This document shows positions 50,046-60,000 of a DNA stretch of 60,000 nt, piece by piece. This DNA is from Mobula hypostoma (lineage: Eukaryota): the NCBI RefSeq assembly GCF_963921235.1, contig NC_086097.1, positions 56,794,001 to 56,854,000 of the forward strand, in the 5' to 3' direction. Positions within the stretch are counted from its first letter, which is position 1. Every line of letters starts with the position of its first letter. Under the pieces are notes generated by a model. That model was given only the letters and a program-made list of their open reading frames with translations. It did no database searches and was not told where the DNA came from. The translations under genes and the position numbers were made by a program.

Positions 50046-52119
50046 CTTCACAATCTGAAAAAATGCTGTAAAAACAAAATTGTTTCTGATTAATCCCATA
50101 TATTAATGAAGTTTATAAATAAAAACCAATAGATTTACTCAGTGATAAATGCAAGCTTACATGTCTAGCAAACTGAAACAGAATAATTCAACCAGTGTAT
50201 TTCATTTTCTTTGTCTTGTAGAATAGGTCTGTGTGTATATCAGCTGTTCAAAGTGGTTTTTCTCCATAACCATGCAAGCTTAGTTCTGTTCAAATGGATA
50301 TCCAATTACCTTGAGAGTTTTTTGGGAATTTTACTACATCACCTGTGCTCTAGCCCGTAAATAGTCTCTACTTAAAATAACTTTGCCTCTTTTCATTCTA
50401 GAGCTATTTGGTAATTACTTTATATCTGTGACTGGTTATTAACTCACTTGCAAAAATAAATATTTCTTACTACTTGTTTTATCAAAACACTTTTGAATGT
50501 TCTTGCCTGTTTTGATCCTAGGAGAACTTTTCCACCCCTTCAAATCTTTTTTACAATTGTTGCTGATTTACATTCATATTCTAATTTTGGTTTTGCTATC
50601 TATCTTATCGTTCCCTTTTAAAGAGCCTAACATATATGCTGTTATTTTTGGTAGTGTAAGCCTTTTTCTTTAAATTAATACTGACTTCTCTTGTTAGTAA
50701 TGGGTGTACCACTTTTCATGGAAGCTTTTGTGTTTTAAAGGAACTTATTTGTATAAACTATGTATTCTTTAGATGGCAGCTATACCTTTATGATTTTTAC
50801 TTTTGCTTTAAAAGTAGGATGTGTTAGTTGACTATAGTAGATTCAGAAACTTCCCAATTTACTATAGTCAACTAATGCTTTATAATTTTATAATTCACTC
50901 AGTTTAGGAATTAAGTCTGTGGTTTCAATTGAATTAAATCACTGTCAATTTTATTATTAATTAACCCTCATTGATTCCTCTGACTACAAATCTAAAAATC
51001 CTTATAGATACACTATAAATTGCTTCTGTACAATATTACTGCGAACTCAGTCTCTTCCATAATTATTGCATTAACCTTGTTATATGCGCCCATTTCCAGA
51101 TTTATATTCCATCCTTTGTACTTGCTGGTAATGCTATCCACAGATCTGTATGTTCATCCCAGGCCTATATTGATTTCTTTCAAATAAATGTATTTACATA
51201 TCAAGGAACCGATTTGTAATAAAATGATGTATTGGGTACATTGTAAAGTGCCTTAAAGTGTTTGTTTATTATCTGCAGGAAATTGTGCATCTTTGCTGGC
51301 AGATAATAAGGACTTATTAATCAGGACTAAGGATAATAAAGATAATTAGGCCCTAACAGCATTTTCTGTTTTTCTACAGTAGTTCCACCAAACTGATCCT
51401 GTTTATTTTTATGAGTGAAACTATTCTTTTTTCATTGCCTGTCTCTATGTTAAATATACTGAAATAATTAAATCATAACTGTCTCAGTCTTAGATATTAT
51501 ATCTGTATTGCATTTCTTCATACCTTCAGCCCAAATACATAATCTCACAACTACTCTTAAATTTCATTTGCCGCCATGTATCTACTGATGCAGTCAATCT
51601 GTATTATGTTCATTCTTTTTCCATATGTCCAAGTTTGCTCTCATTGATAATTTTTAAAATACTTTTCTGTATACCAGTATCCATTTCATTTTTAAACCTC
51701 CTTGGAGAACGCTATTGTTCATTATCCTCTGGTTTTGAGAATTAACCATTGATTATGACTCATTATTTTCTGTCCCTTAAGTCATTTTTTTTTGTCTGAG
51801 CTGTCATTGCCTCTCCAATTCCATATTATATATCAGCTTTTGATGTGGTACTTTGTCTTGTTGGTTAGCTTTATCTTTGGTCTTCTAATATAAATGTATT
51901 TGTTCATTCCTAAGAGTTAATTATGTCGATCAATATGAAAAAGAACTAATTCAGTTTTTAAAAATCACTTTCCTTCTGCAATTCAGCTATCGTACACTAT
52001 CGTATTAATAATTGAACAATATCAGATAGAAGACAGGATAAATGCACTGAGATTTATAAGGCAGAGAATATTATTTTTGATTGAATTTTATCATTAATCA
52101 TTATTTTATTTAATTCTAG

Positions 52120-52301
52120 GAGCCATTTTTGGTGCTCTGCAGGACATATTAGGTAGCCGTTCAGTCTCCAAAGAATATTACAACCAGACAGGTCGTATTC
52201 CTGACTGGTGCTGCTTGAATAACCCACCGCTGGAAATGATGTATGAGACCAGTAAAGCTCCTCCTCCATTGATGAAGAGAGCATATTCCACGGAGAAGTA
52301 G
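52120..52301 (+). CDS. ACTR10: ACTR10 coding exon 13 (terminal)
   Basis: (G)[30 protein letters not shown]...[13 protein letters not shown]; exon lengths total 1254 nt. Confidence 0.97.
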
Positions 52302-52658
52302 AGAGCTTCATGGTCTCTGGCAAACTAGTTTCTAAGTTATGTACTGTTTTAGAATTACATTGTATGCCTAGATTTTCATAATAATGTTGCTCAAAATATC
52401 TACATATTATATAAATATGTTTGATCAGTTACTTGATATTCTTTAATGTTCTTAACTAAAACATTGCATGTTTCCAAAATGTATGTTACTATCTAAATGC
52501 TAAAAGCTTAAGAGAAGTATGGCATTAAATTAATGCTGTAAGTGCTACTGAAGATAATTTTTTTTGGGCCCGGTTGATGATAATAGTTTGAATTTGCAGA
52601 TGCTTGACTGGAAGTCTATTCTGCTGCATAAATACTTTTTGGGTCCAAAGTTTACAAA

Positions 52659-52664
52659 AATAAA
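52659..52664 (+). terminator. Candidate ACTR10 polyadenylation signal AATAAA
   Basis: First AATAAA I found after the stop codon (an ATTAAA also lies at about 52524). Confidence 0.45.
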
Positions 52665-55320
52665 AGTTCTCAAGACCACACAAAATTTATCTTAGTTATG
52701 AAATGTAAAGCCATGTTTTCTGAATATTTGTTTGTTACTGTTCTGTGGAGTACAACATTTTCTTAATTGGGAAAACCACATTTTAAACAAATACGTACAT
52801 TTACAAGATTTACATTCCTAAAAAATCAATCTTGACTAGTCAGTACATATGAGTATTGAAATTTTGCAGATCTTTCCATGACAAAGAAAGTTGGATTCCA
52901 TTTCCTTATGTTTATGTCCCCTTTTTTCAAAAACCACTTCTTTCACCAAGGTCTTAGTCATGCCTCAGTCATCTCCTTTGATGTCTATTTTTGCTTTTTG
53001 AGCGATGTTGATTAAACCACTGAAGTAACCTATAACATTATGTCTTTCTTTCCTTGTATCACGAACGAGGCAGATTTCCATGGAACCTGAGTTATCTGAT
53101 TTGGCTGAGTGCATATGGTATCAGACTTTACAACAGGTGGAAAATAGTTGTGGAAGTAAACAAGCACATTACAATTATCCTTGCTAAAGTGAAAAAACTG
53201 GGCAAAGGACAGTTAAATGCTCTTACTTATCCTGATTTCTGTTTTTTGGCAAACCACAACAGCCCTTTGATTTTGCAAAGTAAATCAGATTTTAGATCTT
53301 TAGATTACATATGATACCCATATAGATATTTTTAAGGATTATTATAATTGTAGCCTAAATGTAAATGAACCCAAAATAACTGATGTGGCATTACATCTTT
53401 GAGAAGTTGTCATGCATTTAATGCCAGTTCATCACTAGCCTCACTTCATTAAACTAAACTATAAATTGGACTTCTGCAGCAATTATTTCAGTCAGGACAA
53501 TTCACTCAATGTGAACCCAATGAACACATTGCTTATAGTAGTACATCTAACAGTACGTAAACAATCATTCTTTCACTGGTTGATACCAGAACAACAACTT
53601 CCTGATTATTAAACCGTGTAAATCAAAATAATAGGGCAAATACTATTGTAATTTCTTATCTTGGATGAATGTCAAACTGAGGAAATGCATTTACAGCAGG
53701 TTGATCAGTTGTATAAAAATCAAAAGAATAATTTGTTAACGTTTTTAAAATGTGGAAATAATCTACAAAACTTCTTCAGTTCGTTTTTTTTTGTTTTACT
53801 GAATTATTCTGATTATATTGTGGCCTGTGTGTTCATCAATATTTCCATTTCAGAATTTCCTAATCAGAGATTTAAAATCACTGAAGTTACTACAGCGCTT
53901 AAGTGACAAATATGCTTTTGAAATTATGATGTTTTCCCCCAACAAAGTGGAACACCGTGTGCAGGATGGGTACAGTTTCATGTTTCACATATTTTCTGAA
54001 TTGGGTTTGATATATGGAATAATATATTGGGCTGCTCACACTTTGATAACTGAATTTTGGAAATTGCAGGGTAGGCGCCGATAAACTGGACTCTGAAAAC
54101 TTACACTCGTTCCTCAGTCACACTTTATTTACTTGCACACAAGGAGAACAGCTTGGCCCCTGTCACCAAACTGTTCTAAAGTTTAAACAAAAAAAGTGAC
54201 ATTTTTATACAGATATTAATCAATTGGTAGCCTTGTGGATGTTCAAATTCCTTATCTGCATAATCAGTCACAAGTTGCACTATAATATAGGTATTAATAA
54301 CAAATAGAAACTACAAGCTAATAGCTAATTCTTCCTTAATTTTAGTAAACTAATGACCATTTGTCTGTGTGCCTTGCATCGTTGGCATGTATTCTTATCA
54401 TGTCTTGGTGTGCCACATAGCTTCAGTCCCCTGCTTTGCAAAGAAATTATGCTTTTCAAAGATCTTTCTTACTTGGATTAATTGAACACTATCTGTAAAT
54501 ATTTTTGCCTGCACATTATCTTAACCCTTGTTTTGCTATAAATTCCACAATAGGTGTACTAGGTGTTTATGCTAAATTTGTGACACAATTATAGCTGAGC
54601 AGGAAAGGCCTTGTTGAAATTCAACTTCCATAAGGTATTAATTTATATTGGAAAATTGGTGATGGGGTAAGTGTCCTTCCTAGATTATAGTGGCTAATTA
54701 GAAGAACATCTGAGATTGCATAGTTGTTTTGGAATAGCCTTCATAATTTATTGTGCTATTTTACACACTCAAACCCTGTTGTTTATTGGAATTATTATTT
54801 ATGAAAGCCCTGTTGAAGTGAATTAGGAGAAGTGACAGATTTTGGAAAGAATGTTTTCTTGATTTGCATAGCACAAAACTTGAAAGTTAGACTTGTTCAA
54901 TACTAAGGAAAATAATGAAGGAAATCCACTGGAGTTTTGACACTTTGAATGAAAGATAACTTATAAATATAGATTTAAACAATTCTGTACATTATAGTCA
55001 TATAAAAGAAAATTGAGGAGAGGGGAAAAAAAGCAAAGCCTGGAAACTCCTTTGGCCTTGTACAGAGTTAGGTATGTTTAAAAATCCTGTTTTTACAAAA
55101 TAATTAGTAACTGATATCTCTAAACATCTAACTACAATAATTTACCAATAGCTCAGAATAGTTAAAATCCCAGGTGATTCTGGAGAAGCTGTAATGACCT
55201 TTGTCTCATTGACCCAAACTTTATGCAGAAGAGATGGATTTCTATGGATTACGTTAACCAGTTTCCCTTCCTGGGGGAAAAAAACATGGAAATCAAGGAC
55301 ATGAAGACAGCATAGAAATA

Positions 55321-56916
55321 CAATAAGTTTCAGGAAAGTTTATGAACCCTCTGCAATTACCTGGTTTTCTGCATTCATTACTCATAACAAGTGGTCTGAT
55401 CTTCATCCAAGTCACAATAATAGACAAACTCAATCTGCCTAAACTAATAACTTGTCTTTATTGAACATATTGTTTCATCATTCACAGTTCAGGCTGGAAA
55501 AAGTATGTGAACCCTTGTGTTTAATAACTTGTAGACCCTCCTTTAGCAGTAGTAACCTCCACCAAACATTTCCTGCTGCTGCTGATTAGCCTTGCACAAC
55601 GGCGAGGAGAAATGTTAGATCATTCCTCCATACAAAACTGTTTCCGTTCATCAGCATTTTTGGGATACTCGCATGAGCAGCCCTCTTCAGGTCATGCCAC
55701 AGCACCTCAATTGGATTAACATCTGGGCTCTGACTTGGGTCATTCCAAAGCACGAGTTTTCTTCTTTTTAAAACTTTCTGTTGTGGATTTACTCTTGTGT
55801 TTCAGATCGTCTTGTTGCATCATCTAACTTCTATTCAGGTTTAGGTGACAGAGTGCTACCCTGACATTCTATAAAATGTCTCGATACAATTTTGAATTTA
55901 TTGCTTCCTCAATGATTGCAAGTGTCCAGGCCCTGAGGCAGCAAAGCAGCCCCAAACCATGATGCTCCTTCCACCATGCTTCACAGTTGAGATGAGATTT
56001 TGGTGTTGCTGTGGAGTGCCCTTATTACTCCAAACAAAGGGGTGTGCATTTCTGCCAAGAAGTTCAACTTTTGTCTGCTCTGTCCACAGAACATTCTCCC
56101 AAAAGTGCTGTGGAACATCCAGGTGGTCTTTTGCTTACTTGACACGTGCAGCAATGTTTGTTTGTTTGTTTGTTTGTTTTCGGAGAGCAGTGGTTTCCTT
56201 TGTGGTATCCTTCCATGAACACCAGTATTCAGTATTTTTCTTACAGTGGACATATAAACAGGGACTTTAGCAAGTTGTAGAGATTTCTGCGGGTCTTTTG
56301 CTGTTACCCTTAGGTTCTTTTTCACCTCCTTCAGCATTGCACATTGTGATCTTGCAGGACACCCAGTCCTAGGGAGAGTAGCAACAGCACTGAATTTCCT
56401 CCATTTGTAGACAATTTGTCTTACTGTGGACTGATGAACACTCAGGTGTTTAGAAATGCTTTTGTAGCCTTTTCTAGCTTCATGCATGTCTATATTTCTA
56501 CTTCGAAGGTCCTCTGAAAGTCGTTTTGATCAAGGCATAGTGCACATAAGCAGATCTTTCTTGAGAAGAGCAGGCTCTGTCCATAAGCTGACTTTGTGTG
56601 CCTTTTTTACAGGGCAGGGCACCTCTACAACCCACACCTCCAATCTCATCTCATTGAGTGGAACACCTGACTCCAAATAGCTTTTGTAGAAGGCATTACC
56701 CCAGAGGTTCACATTCTTTTTTGAACTTAGACTGTGAATGTTTAAATGGTGTACAGAGTATCGATGAGAAGTAGTACAATTGCTTGTGTGTTATTAGTTT
56801 AGGCAGGCTGTATTTGTCTACAGTTGTGACTTAGATGAAGATCAGACCTCATTTTATGAGTGATTATTGTAGAAAACCACATAATTGCAAAGCATTCACA
56901 AATCTTCTTGCAACTG
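55321..56916 (-). mobile_element. Full-length decayed Tc1-family DNA transposon
   Basis: TA TSDs, long inverted termini, transposase remnant GYKSISKHLSVHQSTVRQIVYKWRKF; about 1.6 kb. Confidence 0.92.
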
Positions 56917-58924
56917 TATGTGTTGCAATTATTAAACTTGACAATTTAGTATAATTCAATTTGAAGCTAGTCAATTTAGTTAGATGTTTATTTCAGCATC
57001 AAAGTATATTCTCTCAGTAAGGCAGCTGAGAATGTATATTATATGAAGTTTCAAAATTAGAATGAATGTTATAGGTTCTTTGAAGGAACCCAAAACACAG
57101 GCAGGATAATGTAGATCATATAGAATTGGGTAAGATATGCATATGTGTTACATTTACACAAAGAAATATATTTACCACTACATCCCAGACTAATATCTTC
57201 TTTCTGTCACCTCCACTAACAAGTCGATTTCCATTCAGGTGTAGACTCCTCACCACCCCAATATGTTCAGACATAATGAAACGACATTTTCCTGAGGAAA
57301 GATTGGATATTCTTAAAGTACTTCCCTATTTATGGCACTAATGTCAATATCAAAAATTATTTTCAGTGCAACATTTAGTCAATTAAGTGTGAATTAACTC
57401 TTTAATATATGAACACCAAATGTTTTCCTCTTTTTGTTAGCAAGTGAAAGGGAAAAGATGGCAATAAGAAATTGTAATTTTCTTTGCTAGGATGAATTCT
57501 GAGTTGGTTGGTATTGTTCATCTACAATCAGCAAAACCATAGCTTTAAACTTTCTGTTTTCCTCATCGCTTTGGTTTATGTCAAATAACTACTCATGGCC
57601 AAGATAGGAGATGTGACTGCTCTCACTTCAGCCAACTGCAGTGTTTATTTAAAATCCCTTACTTACATAAGAAAATGGTACATGTTATTCATTATCCAGT
57701 ATTACTGATAATATTATTGTCAAATTCTGATTTTGCTTTCTGGCTGAGATGTTTCATACTAGGACATGAGATGGATCTATATAATGTTTCTACTTACAGA
57801 TAGCTTTTAAGTTCTTCATGAGCAATAGAAGCAAACCCCGAGGTTCCCTACTCTCCAAATAGCAATTGCACTTATTTATCAGAAATGTTTGCTCACTAGT
57901 TGTAGTTATGCAATAACCTACTATTAAAATAATCCCTCTTTCATCTTTGCATTTTATTTATGAACATTCTCATCACATATATGTGCAGGAGATCGAAACA
58001 ACCGCTCCGGGGTGGGGGGGGGGGCGGGGAGTGGAATCCACATACTTCTAGTAAACATATTCAAAATAAAGGATTAGGAGATGAAGACCCATTTGGGTTT
58101 GATCTCAGTATAAATGCCAGGTGACCTTAAAAACTGATCCCATCAAAGTGCGAAGGATTAAGCTTTGCCATTGCTAATGGGGTTACATCTTTAAGATCTA
58201 CCAATGTGGAGAGGTTTAAACTACTTTACACAGATTTCTTTGGTGATTAAAAATGAAACAGTCTGGGTACTAATGTTTCATAAATGTTAGAACTTTGTAA
58301 ATCCTTGGACGCCCAGTCCAGGTTAACTGCAGTTGTCTTCTCGTGTATCAATATCTGTACCTATTTATATCCAGTAATATCAGAGGTTCTCTCCCTAAGT
58401 TTATACAAAAAAAAATGATAGAGCAGCAAGGAGCCTAACCAGCTCCTCATATAACTTGCACTCCTTTTGTAAGTTACCGTCTCCATATGTTTAAAAAAAA
58501 AACGGGAATAATCAACAAAATATTTGGTGGGCAGGGCTCTCCTGCATTCTTATCTTTCTCCAAATAGGTAGCCTCTCTGTTACAGGTTTACAATTGCGAG
58601 AAAATTCAAATATGACAATAGAGTTTGAGTATTAAAACACAGGATATTTTCTCTCTGAAAAATGATTTGATAAGACTACTTGTTTTATGTGTCTTTGAGC
58701 ATTGTGAGATAAAAGTGGAAAATGATGGAAATCTTCTGCAGGTAAGGTAGCATCTGTGGAAACAGAGACCCTTCCACAATTTACCAATCTTGATGAAGGA
58801 ACATTTAAAATTTTTATCCAGCAATTTCTATTTTTTATTTCAGGTACAATATTTACTGTTTGGGGATTTACAATTTTAAAAACTGAATTGAGATTCTGTA
58901 TTTTGGATTTTAATATTATTCCCA

Positions 58925-59166
58925 TAAGGGCAAGGTTGTATGGAAGACTGGCAGTTGCCCATGCTGCAAGTCTTCCCTCTCCACAACACTGATGTTGTCC
59001 AAGGGAAGGGCAAGGGCCGATACAGCTTGGCACCAGTGTCGTTGCAGAGCTCTGTGTGGTTAAGTGCCTTGCTCAAGGACACAACACGCTGCCTCGGCTG
59101 GGGCTCGAACTCACAACCATCAGGTCACTAGTCGAATGCCTTAATCACTTGGCCACGTGCCCACAA
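58925..59166 (-). mobile_element. tRNA-derived SINE
   Basis: A box TGGCCAAGTG and B box GTTCGAGCC on the minus strand, followed by a GTGTCCTTGAGCAAGGCACTTAAC core. Confidence 0.85.
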
Positions 59167-59319
59167 CATATTTATTGTTTTTGCATATGTATGATAAAAT
59201 AATAAAGCAAAATGTGAAACTCCTGGGAAATGGTAATTGAGATGAGAATTCATATTAATATAAACACCAATAAAGTGTTTGGGTTTTATTTGTTGTCCTT
59301 TGTAATTCTATGATCTTAA

Positions 59320-60000
59320 AAAGATGCGAGCCCATGGTATTACAGGACATATATTATCATGGATAGAAGGCTGGCAGGAGGCAAAGACTCAGGATAAAGG
59401 AAGCCTATTCTGGTTGGCTGCCAGTGACTGGTGTTCCACAGGGGTCAGTATTGGGACCACTTCTTTTCAACATGAAATCTTGAGAATTGATGGCTTTGTG
59501 GCCAAGTTTGTGGATGATATGAGGATAGGTGGAGAGGCAGGTTGTGTTGAGGAAGCAGGGAGTTTGCAGAAGGACTTAGACAGATTGGGAAAAATGGGCA
59601 AAGAAGTGGCAGATGGAATATGAGGAATGTTTGATGGTTCTGGGCTTGTATTTGCTGGAGTTCAGAAGAATGAAGGCGGATCTCATTGAAATCTATAGAA
59701 TATTGACAGGCCTAAATAGAGTGGATGTGGAGAGGATGTTTCATATAGTTGATGAGTCGAGGACCAGAGGGCACAGCTTCAGAATACAGGGACGTCCATT
59801 TAGAACAGAGGTGAGGAAGAATTTCTTCAGCTAGAAGGTGGTGAATCTGGACTTCATGGCCATGGATGGCTGTGCAGGCCAAGTCATTGAGTATATTTAA
59901 AGGGGAAATTGATAAGTTCTTGATTAGTTAGGGCATCAAGGGTTACGGGGAGAAGACATGAGAATGGGGTTGAGAGGGATAATAAATCAGACATTATGCA
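59320..60000 (+). mobile_element. Internally deleted CR1 3' fragment
   Basis: AKFVDD, LQKDLDRL, TRGHSFRI..RKNFFS. Confidence 0.85.

Noticed and set aside
58700..58775. Possible exon of a downstream gene (CAG/GTAAGG donor)
   Set aside because: The sequence resembles the decayed Penelope-derived repeat seen elsewhere in the window; no recognisable protein.
59085..59166. tRNA gene
   Set aside because: The A and B boxes run directly into a SINE body with no cloverleaf 3' end or terminator.

Overview
Eukaryotic, repeat-rich vertebrate genomic DNA. The CR1/Rex1/Penelope/Tc1 repeat landscape suggests a cartilaginous fish, possibly a ray (inference). One intact protein-coding gene is present: ACTR10 (dynactin actin-related protein 10/Arp11) on the + strand, 13 coding exons from 21632 to 52301. 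By my count they splice to 1254 nt (417 aa + stop), and intron 5 looks U12-type. The rest is mostly transposable elements: CR1, Rex1/Babar-like, L1/Tx1-like and RTE LINE fragments, Penelope-derived hammerhead-ribozyme repeats, Tc1/mariner and pogo/Tigger DNA transposons, SINEs, and a 51-bp minisatellite. The standout is a Gypsy-type LTR retrotransposon (17231-20907) with both LTRs, PBS, PPT and a 5-bp ATTAA target-site duplication. Its RT-RNaseH-integrase region has been replaced by an intronless, essentially full-length copy of the host SUDS3 (Sin3/HDAC subunit) mRNA, joined in frame to Gag-protease. This is a retrovirus-style gene transduction, now pseudogenised, lying about 0.7 kb upstream of the ACTR10 start codon.
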